A stretch of 64,000 nt of DNA, taken from an uncultured Solirubrobacteraceae bacterium (GTDB lineage Bacteria > Actinomycetota > Thermoleophilia > Solirubrobacterales > Solirubrobacteraceae). The stretch lies in contig CAZPQW010000001.1 of NCBI GenBank assembly GCA_964588985.1, positions 128,001 to 192,000 of the forward strand, in the 5' to 3' direction. A program made the position numbers and the translations under genes. Under the pieces are notes generated by a model. It did not search any database and was not told where the DNA came from. It saw only the letters and a list, made by a program, of their open reading frames with translations. Positions within the stretch are counted from its first letter, which is position 1, and each line of letters opens with the position of its first letter. Of this stretch, positions 47,901-57,068 are shown piece by piece.

Positions 47901-48236
47901 GTTGACCGTGGATCCGTTCAGGAGCCCGTTGCTGGCTTCGCTCGAGCCCGCGATCGTCGGCAACGCCGGATTCGAGATGTCGATCGCGGTCAGCCTGCCC
48001 GCGTAGTAGTTCGTCACATACGCGTAGTGGCCCGCCGCCGCCACCGACGTGGTGCCCGGCAGCGTCACCGAATCGCTGATCCAGCCGCTCACCAACGGAT
48101 TCACGACCGCCTCGGCACTCGCCGGCCCGAGAGCCATGGTCGCCGCGATGGCGACGATCACCGACCATGAGCGCAACAGACGCCCGATGAGCGAACTCCT
48201 GCCATCGGCCGATCCCTGCCGCTTACAACTCTCCAC
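44961..48236 (-). CDS. Secreted LVIVD-repeat protein with tandem Ig-like repeats and a C-terminal lectin-like beta-sandwich
   Basis: Signal peptide ending ASAEA; N-terminal part paralogous to 37844-39790; four P.ISGSAT.G..LSAS.GSW.G.P...YQW.RC repeats; GTG 48236 follows GGAGG. Confidence 0.82.
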   Translation of the reverse strand: MESCKRQGSADGRSSLIGRLLRSWSVIVAIAATMALGPASAEAVVNPLVSGWISDSVTLPGTTSVAAAGHYAYVTNYYAGRLTAIDISNPALPTIAGSSEASNGLLNGSTVNIVGGYAYVASKNRNGPSGSGSNDDGTGNSLTILDIATNPASPAIVGSVRDANSLFGAYGVAVSGHYAFVAAQGCLSGQPCPNSSVGNAFAVIDISNPASPSIVAALHNNALPAPWTGSGAFGHATSVAISGNYAYVTAASQDRLTVLDISNPLNPTIVASLKDTTNLNFPVDVAVSGQYAYVTDQISPGRLTVVDVSNPANPQVVTSVASSTLNGAYRVRVHGAFAYVSASGVATVAAVDISNPLSPRIAATVANDTHMHRTTGLDVDPTGRYVVASSPYLSTQSQPLYPPYALQTGGPTLTGTVTAITLDPSSIAVSITAASRPANPTAQTSANFSFSVNDAISTVQCQLDSGSWLPCTTPTSQAYSTLGAGSHKFVVQAADAAGKAVTASYSWTVVAPANTSLPEISGSATVGQALSASTGSWTGSPTTFTYQWLRCDVNGMSCWPITGATSAGYTPEAADMGLTLRVQVTATTSAGSAFAESSQTAVVTAKPESTSPPTISGSATQGQTLSASPGSWSGYPAPTFAYQWQRCDQNGANCNPIAAANASTYTLEAADAGSTIVVVAEASNSAGSAQATSSPSAIVTGPPAITSPPMLSGSATQGQTLSASPGSWSGYPAPTFAYQWQRCDQNGANCNPIAAANASTYTLEAADVGSTVAAIVQASNGVGSAQASSAVSAVVTGPPVSVSPPSISGSATEGATLTASGGSWSGYPAPSLAYQWERCNSLGQSCAAIAGATASSYTALSADVGSTLIVTVTASNVAGSTAASSTASGVVASAAGPQTPLLDNFARADNTGPPGPNWTHMLVSSTSSTNDLFVTKQQITGRSGSNADFWNPQTYGPNSEVWITVAVKPNLDQDPVVLGLRFQNPGAANASGYQAYYIYRSSQADQYKIICRVNGTTSITLASVNGPTLNPGDQLLLRAIGTKLELWRFDAGAWTRILSATDSTYQGAGYLNLTARDGAVRLTNFGGGTLP
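45943..46393. repeat. 163-bp direct repeat, two copies with 288-bp period
   Basis: 45943-46105 and 46231-46393 read identical and encode adjacent Ig-like repeats. Confidence 0.85.
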
Positions 48237-48373
48237 CGCCGCCTCCGTGCCTTCTCGATGTCGGTGCTGCCGCCATTCCAGGGCTTCGAAGGCAAATCGT
48301 AGCGCAGGCAATTGTCATTGACTAGGGCTTGCAAGCCGCCGCGCAACGACTGCTCCAGGATTAATGTCCAGAG

Positions 48374-48487
48374 TTGGGGCCCGAAGCTCGATGTTCGTCG
48401 CGGGTGCTCCGATGAGCACTCCATAGCCACTCGCAGCCGGCCGATCGGGGGGCACTCCGAGGCGCTGCCGTAGCCCACGGGCCCCAA
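48374..48487 (+). promoter_or_regulatory. Candidate structured 5' leader
   Basis: TTGGGGCCCG...CGGGCCCCAA closing stem with internal hairpins, abutting the AAGGAG RBS. Confidence 0.35.
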
Positions 48488-48498
48488 AAAGGAGTCTC

Positions 48499-49929
48499 AT
48501 GTCAGTGCTGTCAGCTCGGCGCTCGTCGGCGGCCAAAGGCCGCTCGCTGATCATCGGTGCAATCTTCTGGTGCATCCTCAGCCTGACGCTGATGGCAAGC
48601 GCAGGCTCGTCTCGCGCGGCCGGCGCTCACACGTCAGCGAAGGCGAACCAGCGTGCGAGGTCCGCTGCATCACGTAGCTCGTGCGTCCCGGCTGGACGTC
48701 GTCGTGCGCGGCGGACCGCGGTCAAGCCATGCAAGGCCACGGGGCACAAGCGGTCGCAGCTCAGGATCTCAGTCGGCAAAGTGCGTCGAAAGAAGCCCGC
48801 GACCGGCGCATCGGGGCAGGCGCAGTTGCCCACGACGCTGGTCGGAGCGACGCTTCCGAGCGAAGCGACTCCTCCGGTTGAACAGGCTCCGCCAGCCGAA
48901 AAACGGGTTCCACCGGTAGCCCCTCCGGTCAAGGCGCCTCCCGTCGAAGCTCCGCCGGTCGAAACCCCGCCCGTCGAAACCCCACCGGCCGTCGAAACCC
49001 CACCGGCCGAACCCGCTCCATTCCGCTTCTTCGCTCCGACGAGCTTCTGGAACGAACCGGTTCCTGCGGGTGCGCTCCTGGACTCGAGCTCCGCCTCGGT
49101 GGTGGCTGCGTTGAACGCGGAAGAGCTGGCTGAGCAGAGCGCCAAACACGGCCCCGCGATCAACACGACGAGCTGGTCGGTGCCGATCTACACGGTGCCG
49201 TCCGGCCAGCCGACGGTCACCGTGTCGCTCGTCAACCACGTCGCGGCCTCGTTGCAGTCGGCGTGGAACGCGGTTCCGCTGCCGGCAAACGCCCAGGCGG
49301 CAGCCGGAACGGACAAGCACCTCGTGGTCTGGCAGCCGAGCACGGACCGGATGTGGGAGTTCTGGCGTCTGGAAAAGGTCGGCGAAGCGTGGAGCGCGTC
49401 GTGGGGCGGAGCGATGCAGGGCGTGTCCGGCAGGGGAGGTGTGTACAGCTCCGAAGCGTGGCCGGGTGCGTCGAGCACGTGGGGTGCGTCGGCGTCATCG
49501 TTGCCGCTCGTCGGCGGGCTCATCACGCTCGAGGATCTCGAAAAGGGCAAGATCAACCACGCGCTGGCGATTTCCATTCCGAACGTGCGCGCGGGCGTTT
49601 ACGCGTCGCCGGCTCAGCGCACGGATGGCACGTCGGCAGAACCGTCCTCGTTGCCCGAGGGTGCGCATCTGCGGCTGGATCCGACTCTCGATCTTTCGTC
49701 GCTGCATCTGCCGCCGCTGACGTTGATGATGGCCGAAGCCGCTCAGCGCTACGGGATCTTCGTACGGGACAAGGCGTCGAACCTGGCCTTCTACGCCGAA
49801 GATCCCACGCCGACCGGCAGCAACCCTTACTCGGGCTCGCACGGCTATTTCGAAGGGCAGTCGCCATCGAAACTGCTGGCCTCGTTCCCGTGGAGCCACC
49901 TCCAGCTACTCAAGATGGAACTGCACTGA
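48499..49929 (+). CDS. Secreted protein, basic and Pro-rich linker, C-terminal domain of unknown function
   Basis: Hydrophobic N-terminus, PPVE(T/A) repeats, about 300 aa domain duplicated in the next gene; AAGGAG RBS. Confidence 0.8.
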   Translation: MSVLSARRSSAAKGRSLIIGAIFWCILSLTLMASAGSSRAAGAHTSAKANQRARSAASRSSCVPAGRRRARRTAVKPCKATGHKRSQLRISVGKVRRKKPATGASGQAQLPTTLVGATLPSEATPPVEQAPPAEKRVPPVAPPVKAPPVEAPPVETPPVETPPAVETPPAEPAPFRFFAPTSFWNEPVPAGALLDSSSASVVAALNAEELAEQSAKHGPAINTTSWSVPIYTVPSGQPTVTVSLVNHVAASLQSAWNAVPLPANAQAAAGTDKHLVVWQPSTDRMWEFWRLEKVGEAWSASWGGAMQGVSGRGGVYSSEAWPGASSTWGASASSLPLVGGLITLEDLEKGKINHALAISIPNVRAGVYASPAQRTDGTSAEPSSLPEGAHLRLDPTLDLSSLHLPPLTLMMAEAAQRYGIFVRDKASNLAFYAEDPTPTGSNPYSGSHGYFEGQSPSKLLASFPWSHLQLLKMELH

Positions 49930-49993
49930 ACCACATAGGTGGAACTGCGGTGAACTGCGTCGCTGTATAGCGGTGTACATGTAGGCTGCCGCG

Positions 49994-51004
49994 ATGATCG
50001 TTGCTCTGGGGGCCGCGGCTCGTTCGTGCCTGATCGCGCTCGTGCTTCTCGCGAGCGCGGGCGCCTCCGCGTCTCCGGCCGACCCCTTCCGGTTCTTTGC
50101 TCCTGGAAGCTTCTGGAACGCGGTGCCGCCGGCCGGCGCCCCGCTGGATAACGGCTCCACCGCGGCGGTGGCCGCCCTGAGGAAGATCGAGCTGGCTGAG
50201 CAGAGCGCCAAACACGGCCCTACGATCAACACGACGAGCTGGTCGGTGCCGATCTACACGGTGCCGTCCGGCCAGCCGAAAGTGCCCGTGACGCTTGTCA
50301 ACAACGTAATGGCCTCGTTGCAGTTGGCGTGGAACGCGGTTCCGCTGCCGGCAAACGCGCAGGCGGCTGCTGGGGGGGATGAGCAGCTCGTGGTCTGGCA
50401 GCCGAGCAGGGACCGGATGTGGGAGTTCTGGCGTCTGGAAGAGGTCGACGAAGCGTGGAGCGCGTCGTGGGGAGGTGCGATGCGCGAAGTGAGCGCCAAC
50501 TCGGGTGTGTACGGCCCCGAAGCGTGGCGGGGCGCGTCGAGCACGTGGGGTGCGTCGGCGTCTTCGTTGCCGCTCGTGGGTGGGCTGATCACGCTCGAGG
50601 ATCTCGAAAAGGGGACGATCAACCACGCGCTGGCGATTTCCGTTCCGAACGTGCGCGCGGGCGTTTATGCGTCGCCGGCTCAGCGCACGGATGGCACGTC
50701 GGCAGAACCGTCGTCGCTACCCGAGGGCGCGCATCTGCGGCTCGACCCGACTCTCGACCTCGCGTCGCTGCACCTGCCGCCGCTGACCTTGATGATGGCC
50801 GAAGCCGCTCAGCGCTACGGGATCTTCGTGAGGGACAGGGCCTCGAACCTGGCCTTCTACGCCCAGGACCCGACACCGACGGGCTCCAATCCCTACCTGG
50901 GCGTAGGCGGCTATTTCGAAGGGCAGTCGCCATCGAAACTGCTGGCTTCGTTCCCCTGGGGCCACCTCCAGCTGCTCAAGATGGAACTGCACGCAACCTC
51001 ATAA
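49994..51004 (+). CDS. Secreted paralog of the C-terminal domain of 48499-49929
   Basis: Signal peptide ending GASA; near-identical sequence from FRFFAP to LQLLKMELH. Confidence 0.8.
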   Translation: MIVALGAAARSCLIALVLLASAGASASPADPFRFFAPGSFWNAVPPAGAPLDNGSTAAVAALRKIELAEQSAKHGPTINTTSWSVPIYTVPSGQPKVPVTLVNNVMASLQLAWNAVPLPANAQAAAGGDEQLVVWQPSRDRMWEFWRLEEVDEAWSASWGGAMREVSANSGVYGPEAWRGASSTWGASASSLPLVGGLITLEDLEKGTINHALAISVPNVRAGVYASPAQRTDGTSAEPSSLPEGAHLRLDPTLDLASLHLPPLTLMMAEAAQRYGIFVRDRASNLAFYAQDPTPTGSNPYLGVGGYFEGQSPSKLLASFPWGHLQLLKMELHATS

Positions 51005-51036
51005 AGGCCGAGGCGCGGCGCTAGAGTTGAACGTGG

Positions 51037-52200
51037 ATGGCCAGCTCGCACGCCGAACAGCAACTCATCCTGCTCAGCGCCGGCACGGCTGCCAGACGGC
51101 GGGCGATGGGAGAGCGCGCCGAGCGGCTGGTGGCGGACGTGGACTGGCCACGACTCGCCGAGACGCTGCGCCTTCGCAGGCTGCTCCCCACACTCGGTCC
51201 ACGCATCGTCGAGCTCGCGCAGGGACGTGCGAGTGACGATTTCGGCGCGACGGTGGAGCAGGCGATAACGGCAGGGCGTCGGCACGGAGCCTTCCTGCAA
51301 CTCGTATCCCTGCGCGCCATCGCCATGCTCGCCGACGCGGGGATTCGCTCGGTCGCACTGAAGGGGCCGCTCTTGGGCGAGGCCATATACGGCGATCCCG
51401 GACGGCGTCCCTCCAGCGACATAGATCTGCTGGTCGCACCGGAGCAGCTGCAGGCGGCGGTGGAGGTGATACGCCGGCTCGACTACGGTGCGCCGACCGA
51501 TTACGTGGACGACCGTGGTCTGCCCCTGCTGCACCTGATGCTTGTCCACGAGCGGGAAGAGCTGCCACCGGTCGAGCTCCACTGGCGCGTGCACTGGTAT
51601 GAGGAGAGCTTCGCGCGCGAGCGGCTGCTGCCGGCTGCCGTGGAGCCCCTGGGCCGCTGGCGCCCCGCGCCTGCCGACGAGCTGACCGGCCTGCTGCTGT
51701 TCTACGCGAGGGATGGCTTCGTCGACCTGCGCTTGGCGAGCGACCTGAGCGCCTGGTGGGACATCCATGGCGCCGACCTGCCCTCCGGCGCGCTCCAGGA
51801 GCAACTGCGCGCCTATCCGGCGCTTGCGCGCGTGATCCCGGCTGCGGCCAGGGTGGCCGAGAAGACGGTGGGCCTGCCGGCGGCGCAGATCATCGGGGGC
51901 ATTCCGAGGCTGGGTGTCCGCCAACGCATGGCTGTGCGGCTCGCGAATCCCAATCCGCACTCGAGCCGATCGCAGCTCTTCGCCGACATCGGCCTGATCG
52001 ACGGGCTGTTGATGCCACATGGTGACTTCGGTGCGTTCGTGCGGCGCCAGGTGCTGCCTCCACCCGAGGTCTTGGATCAGCACGCGCGGCACGCCGCGAG
52101 ACGACGAGCCAGAACGCCCCTGGGCCGCGGCGCGGGCGTGCTGGGGCGGTATGGGCTGACCATGACTCGACTGCTGCGCGCCCCCGAAACGCTGCGCTGA
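51037..52200 (+). CDS. Uncharacterised nucleotidyltransferase family protein (NTP_transf_5-like)
   Basis: LKGPLL...YGDPGRRPSSDIDLLV, VELHWR. Confidence 0.8.
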   Translation: MASSHAEQQLILLSAGTAARRRAMGERAERLVADVDWPRLAETLRLRRLLPTLGPRIVELAQGRASDDFGATVEQAITAGRRHGAFLQLVSLRAIAMLADAGIRSVALKGPLLGEAIYGDPGRRPSSDIDLLVAPEQLQAAVEVIRRLDYGAPTDYVDDRGLPLLHLMLVHEREELPPVELHWRVHWYEESFARERLLPAAVEPLGRWRPAPADELTGLLLFYARDGFVDLRLASDLSAWWDIHGADLPSGALQEQLRAYPALARVIPAAARVAEKTVGLPAAQIIGGIPRLGVRQRMAVRLANPNPHSSRSQLFADIGLIDGLLMPHGDFGAFVRRQVLPPPEVLDQHARHAARRRARTPLGRGAGVLGRYGLTMTRLLRAPETLR

Positions 52201-52203
52201 GGC

Positions 52204-53244
52204 TCACTGCGCCGAGCGTCGACTCCCGTCGAGCGCCGCCGCCGAGTACAGCTTTCGTAGGCGAGCGTCGATGGTCTCGACGCTTCGCGTCTCCAGGCAG
52301 AACCGCCGGCCGCGTTCGCCCATGGTCCGCGCGAGCTCGGGGTCGGCCAACAGGTCCGTGAGGCGGTCGGCGAGGCCGATCTCGTCATCGACCGGGACGA
52401 GCACACCGCCTCCCTCGCCGGCGAGCTCGGGGATGCCTCCAACCGGTGTGCTCACGAACGGCCGTCCCAGGCTCATCGCCTCCGCCAGGACCATCGGCAT
52501 TCCCTCCGCGCGCGAGGGCAGAGCCACGACCCGGGCGCGTCGCAGGATCTCCTTCATCTCCGCCGGATCGGCCGGCGGGCGCACCACGAGGCGCTCCGTG
52601 TCGGGAGGCGCGAAGTCGCCTGCTGGGCCTGCCATCAGGCAGCTTGCTTCGGGGCGTCTTTGCGCTACCAGCTGCCATGCGCGAAGCAACACGTCGGCGC
52701 CCTTGCGCAGGCCGATCTCGCCGGCGAATACGACGAGCTCGTCGGTCTGGTCCGCGGGCAGGAAGCTGTCGTCGACGAACACGGGATTGGGCACGATCTC
52801 GGAGTGAACGTCGGGCGCGCGGCGTCTGACCACATCGAGCACTTCCTGGTCCAGGCAGGTCACGAGGTCGGCGCGTCTCAAGACAGCGGAGACGAGTCGT
52901 GGGTGCTTGCTCGCGAAGGGTACGAATGACGCACCGTGAATCGTGGCGACCGTGACGAGCCCTCTCCTGTCTGCCAGTGCGACCAGTGCCCCCTCTCGGA
53001 GGAAGGAGCCTCTCTCTGAGAGATGTATGTGGGCCACCTGGCCGGCGGGCATCCGCAACAGCGCCCGAGCCGAAGCGGCGAAGAGACGAGTTGTGGCCAG
53101 GAGCGACCGCGGGCTCCAAGTCGCATGGAAGTCGACGATGTCGCCTCCGATCCCGTGCTCGGTGAGCACCCGGATCACGGTGGCCATGCCGCCGACGGTG
53201 GCCGGATCCGGCCCGAAGTGACGAACGACCAAGCCGCGTGTCAC
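52204..53244 (-). CDS. Glycosyltransferase family 4
   Basis: GGMATV, TIHG, RKGADVLL, LPSRAEGMPMVLAEAMSLG, VGGIPE; GTG 53244 overlaps the upstream stop. Confidence 0.9.
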   Translation of the reverse strand: MTRGLVVRHFGPDPATVGGMATVIRVLTEHGIGGDIVDFHATWSPRSLLATTRLFAASARALLRMPAGQVAHIHLSERGSFLREGALVALADRRGLVTVATIHGASFVPFASKHPRLVSAVLRRADLVTCLDQEVLDVVRRRAPDVHSEIVPNPVFVDDSFLPADQTDELVVFAGEIGLRKGADVLLRAWQLVAQRRPEASCLMAGPAGDFAPPDTERLVVRPPADPAEMKEILRRARVVALPSRAEGMPMVLAEAMSLGRPFVSTPVGGIPELAGEGGGVLVPVDDEIGLADRLTDLLADPELARTMGERGRRFCLETRSVETIDARLRKLYSAAALDGSRRSAQ

Positions 53245-54542
53245 ACGGCTCGCGGGATCGGCGCTCGCTTTGTCGCGATGCCAGGCAAGCTCAGGGCGGC
53301 AACGACGATCAGCGCGGCCGCGTAGCACGTGGGGCTGTTGAGAAGCGTGTTGTCCGCGAGTGAGTTCACGAGACAACCGGCGATGACGGCGAGTCCAAGC
53401 GCCGGTGCGTTGAGCGTGCCCGCACCCAATGTGCCGTCGATCTTTCGCATGCGGAAGAAGCGAAGGATCAGCATTGTCAGGCTCGCGAGCAGGATCATCA
53501 GACCGACGACGCCGGTCTCGACGAGGTATCGCAGATATTCGTTGTGGGGCAGGAGATAGTTCAGCCGATTCTTGGCGGTGCTTTCGGTGGTGGTCGTCGT
53601 GCCAAGTCCTCGGCCCACGACGGGGGATTTTTCCCACTCCGGTAGGAGTGTCTTCCACCTATACAGACGCGTGTCGAGCGAGCTGGTTGTTTCCCCGCGA
53701 TCGGCGGCCGCGAGGCTTGTCGACGACTCGCCCGCGACGCGCTGGGAGCCGAGTGGCGTCGCGAAGAACACCAGGACGACGGCCGCCGCGATCGCGCAGG
53801 GCACGAGCTTGACTCGGAAGGAACCGGTGTGCAGCGCGCCAAATGTGACCAGCATCGCGGCCAGGGTCAGCAGGCCGTCGATGCTGAAAGTCGCGACCAG
53901 AGCTGCTGCGAACAGTGTCACGAGAAGCGCGTCGGATCGCCGTTTCCCGCTGTCGAGGTACAGCCAGAGCGAGGCTGTGGCCGCGATCGCAAAGAACATC
54001 GCCGCGCTGTTCGGATGTGCAAACGTTCCGTTTGCCCGGATGTTGTTCGCGACGAGCTTGCCTGTGTGCGTCGCGAGCTGGTAGAGGGCGAGGATCGCGG
54101 GAGCGAAGCCGATGAGCTGAACCAGACGAGCGGCGGTGGGAACGTTCACTGCGCCACGTGCGTTGTACACGATCACCGCAAGCGCGAGGACCGAAACCTC
54201 GCGCACACCCTCGCGAAGCGTCTCGGTCGATGCGCCGCTGGTGTTCAGCGCTATGGCTGTCCATACACACAGCCACACCCCAGCCACGACCGTGGGCACC
54301 ATGCCGCGGCGACGGCGCAGCAGCAGACCCACCGCCAGGAGGATGAACAGCACGGCGATCACTCCCGACAGGTTGAGACTGCCGGAGTGACGGCTGTCCG
54401 GCGCGGAGCGGTCGTCGTTCAGCACGCGCACGAACAGCATCGCGCCGAGAAATGGCACCAGCAGGAGGTTGAGACCGCCCGCCAAGCCGAGCCCACGACG
54501 CCACGTGGACAGACTGGTTCGCTGTGATGGCCAAGCGCTCAT
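53241..54542 (-). CDS. O-antigen ligase/Wzy_C family membrane protein
   Basis: Multi-TM; RANGTFAHPN, SLDTRLYRW, PVVGRGLG, PHNEYLRYLVETGVVG; alternative start 54593. Confidence 0.88.
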   Translation of the reverse strand: MSAWPSQRTSLSTWRRGLGLAGGLNLLLVPFLGAMLFVRVLNDDRSAPDSRHSGSLNLSGVIAVLFILLAVGLLLRRRRGMVPTVVAGVWLCVWTAIALNTSGASTETLREGVREVSVLALAVIVYNARGAVNVPTAARLVQLIGFAPAILALYQLATHTGKLVANNIRANGTFAHPNSAAMFFAIAATASLWLYLDSGKRRSDALLVTLFAAALVATFSIDGLLTLAAMLVTFGALHTGSFRVKLVPCAIAAAVVLVFFATPLGSQRVAGESSTSLAAADRGETTSSLDTRLYRWKTLLPEWEKSPVVGRGLGTTTTTESTAKNRLNYLLPHNEYLRYLVETGVVGLMILLASLTMLILRFFRMRKIDGTLGAGTLNAPALGLAVIAGCLVNSLADNTLLNSPTCYAAALIVVAALSLPGIATKRAPIPRAV

Positions 54543-54620
54543 CCGGGCACCTCTGCTTCTTCGGGCCACCGGCAAAAGGCCCCCTCTAGACATATACGAG
54601 GTCGGGTAGTCTACAGGTCA

Positions 54621-55403
54621 GTGGCTCCCGTCAACCGTGTCAAGGAACGACTAGAGGCAGGCGAAACCGTGTTTGGCACGTGGCTTCAGACCGCGTCGCT
54701 CACCGTGGCCAACATCCTTGCCCACAGCGGGATGGATTTCGTGACAGTGGACATGGAGCACGGTCCCGCCAGCTTCTCGGAGGCCGAGGCGATCATGTAC
54801 GCGGTGGAGGCGGGGGGCAGCACGCCCATGATTCGCCTCGGCGACGGAAGCGCCCCGAATATTCTGAAGGCTTGCGATGTTGGGTGTCAGGGCATTCTCG
54901 TCGCCCACGTGCAGACCGCGGATGAGGCCGCGGACATCGTTCGCGCGATGCGGTTCGCGCCTGAGGGGGAGCGAGGCATGGCCCCGTTCACCCGCTTGCA
55001 CGACTGGTCCGCCGAAGATCTCGCACGGAAGTTGGCTGACGCCAACCGCTGGCAGCTGGCGGGCATTCTGGTTGAGGATCGGGTCGGCCTCGAGAACCTC
55101 GACGACATACTCGCGGTCGACGGGCTCGACCTCGTCTACCTCGGTATCTACGACATATCGCAGGCCGTCGGCCTTCCTGGGCAGGTCGATCACCCCGCGG
55201 TGCTGGAGACCGTGTCGTCGGCCGTGAGCCGTATCAACGACGCGGGCAAGGCGGCGGGGGCGGTAGCGCGTGACGCCGACCATCTCAGATGGCTCCTGAA
55301 AACCGGATTTCGCTATATCTCCTATCTCTGCGACACCGCGCTGATCACGCAGCGGGCGCGAGCTGTGAGAGCCGACTTCGAGGAGATCGTGCGCAATGGC
55401 TGA
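54621..55403 (+). CDS. HpcH/HpaI class II pyruvate aldolase
   Basis: GMDFVTVDMEHG, ILVED, LENLDDILAVDGLDLVYLGIYDIS. Confidence 0.9.
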   Translation: MAPVNRVKERLEAGETVFGTWLQTASLTVANILAHSGMDFVTVDMEHGPASFSEAEAIMYAVEAGGSTPMIRLGDGSAPNILKACDVGCQGILVAHVQTADEAADIVRAMRFAPEGERGMAPFTRLHDWSAEDLARKLADANRWQLAGILVEDRVGLENLDDILAVDGLDLVYLGIYDISQAVGLPGQVDHPAVLETVSSAVSRINDAGKAAGAVARDADHLRWLLKTGFRYISYLCDTALITQRARAVRADFEEIVRNG

Positions 55404-56457
55404 TTCGAGCGAAATCCTTCGCGTGGGCGTGGCCGGCTATGGAAGCACCGGGCAGATACGGCGAAAGCACATCGACGCCCATCCACGCATGCAGACCGTT
55501 GCCGTGTGCGATCGCACCGTGGCCACGGCGGGTGAGACGGTGGATGGCGTGCGGATGTGGACCAATTGGGAGCAGCTCCTGGAGGAGGAGCTGGACGTGC
55601 TGTTCGTGTGCCTCTGGAACGACATCGCTCCGACGGTGGTGATGGAAGGCCTCAAACGCGGTCTGCACGTTTTCTGCGAGAAGCCACCCGGTCGCACGAT
55701 CGAGGATGTCATCAGGGTTCGCGAGGTGGAGCAGGCCCATCCTCAGCTCAAGCTCAAGTACGGGTTCAATCACCGTTACCACCAGTCGGTGCGCGACGCT
55801 CTCAAGATCATCCAGAGCGGCGATCTCGGCGCTGTGGTGGATCTACGTGGCGTGTACGGAAAGTCGAAGATGATCCGCTTCGATCAGGATTGGCGGACGA
55901 AGCGAGAGATCGCCGGTGGGGGGATCCTCCTCGATCAGGGGATTCACATGGTCGACATGATGCGCCTGTTCGCCGGTGAATTCGTGGATATTCACTCCCA
56001 CATCTCCAATGCCTTCTGGTGTCATGACGTCGAGGACAACGCGTATGCGCTGATGCGCACCGCGGATGGAATCGTCGCCATGTTGCACTCGTCGGCCACC
56101 CAGTGGCGGCACCGCTTTGGGCTCGACATCACCCTCAAGGAGGGCGGGCTCTCGCTCTCGGGGATCCTGTCCTCGTCCAGGAGCTACGGCGCTGAGACCC
56201 TCACCGTGGTTTACAGGGGCAACGACGATCTCGGCGATCCCCGTGAAGTGACGACCCGCTACAACGAGGACCAGTCTTGGCACGACGAGATCGAGGAGTT
56301 CGCACGGGCGATCATCGCCAACCGCGAGATCCGCCACGGGTCCTCGCTGGAGGCTCTCAAGACCATGCAATTGGTGTACGACATATACGCCGCGGACCGA
56401 GACTGGGCGGCCCGCTGGCTGGAACCCGCGGAGGCGCTGCCGGGGGGAGCGCGGTGA
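55396..56457 (+). CDS. Gfo/Idh/MocA oxidoreductase
   Basis: GVAGYGSTG, HVFCEKP, GFNHRY, GGGILLDQGIH. Confidence 0.92.
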   Translation: MADSSEILRVGVAGYGSTGQIRRKHIDAHPRMQTVAVCDRTVATAGETVDGVRMWTNWEQLLEEELDVLFVCLWNDIAPTVVMEGLKRGLHVFCEKPPGRTIEDVIRVREVEQAHPQLKLKYGFNHRYHQSVRDALKIIQSGDLGAVVDLRGVYGKSKMIRFDQDWRTKREIAGGGILLDQGIHMVDMMRLFAGEFVDIHSHISNAFWCHDVEDNAYALMRTADGIVAMLHSSATQWRHRFGLDITLKEGGLSLSGILSSSRSYGAETLTVVYRGNDDLGDPREVTTRYNEDQSWHDEIEEFARAIIANREIRHGSSLEALKTMQLVYDIYAADRDWAARWLEPAEALPGGAR

Positions 56458-57068
56458 ACAACGTCGAGCGGCTCTTTCACGAGCATCCGGAGGCGGTTGA
56501 CTTCGCCGACGGTTATCTGAGCTATCTGAGCCACGTGTTCGCGCGGATCGATCGCGACGCGATCGCGGCGTTCATCGATGTGCTGGAGCGCGCGCGCACC
56601 TCGGGTGGGACCGTCTTCTTCTGCGGGAACGGCGGCTCGGCGGCTACCGCGAGCCATTTCCAGAACGACCTCACACGGTGGCGCACGAACCCGATGAGGG
56701 TCGTGAGCTTGACCGACAACGTGGCCGTCATCACCGCCCTCGGGAACGACTACGGCTACGAGCGCATCTTCGTGATGCAGCTCGAGCCGCTGCTCACCGA
56801 GGGCGACGTCGTCGTGGCGATCTCCGCGTCGGGCAACTCGCCCAACGTCGTGCAGGCGATCGAGTTCGCCAACGAGCGCAATGCCACGACAGTTGGACTC
56901 ACAGGTTTCGACGGAGGCCGGCTCGGCGAGCTCTGCGGCATCCACGTCCACGTACCGTCGGCGCGAGGAGAGTACGGGCCGGTCGAGGACGCGCACATGG
57001 TGCTGGACCATCTCGTCATGTCCTATCTGTGGGAGAAGTGGGCGCGCGAGGGCAAGGACGACACGTGA
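56454..57068 (+). CDS. SIS-domain sugar-phosphate isomerase (GmhA-like)
   Basis: GNGGSAATASH, TALGNDYGY, ISASGNSPNV, LTGFDGG, VEDAH. Confidence 0.9.
   Translation: MNNVERLFHEHPEAVDFADGYLSYLSHVFARIDRDAIAAFIDVLERARTSGGTVFFCGNGGSAATASHFQNDLTRWRTNPMRVVSLTDNVAVITALGNDYGYERIFVMQLEPLLTEGDVVVAISASGNSPNVVQAIEFANERNATTVGLTGFDGGRLGELCGIHVHVPSARGEYGPVEDAHMVLDHLVMSYLWEKWAREGKDDT

Noticed and set aside
45943-49010. CRISPR or mobile-element repeats
   Set aside because: The repeats are in-frame coding repeats (Ig domains, PPVET); there are no spacers, cas or transposase genes
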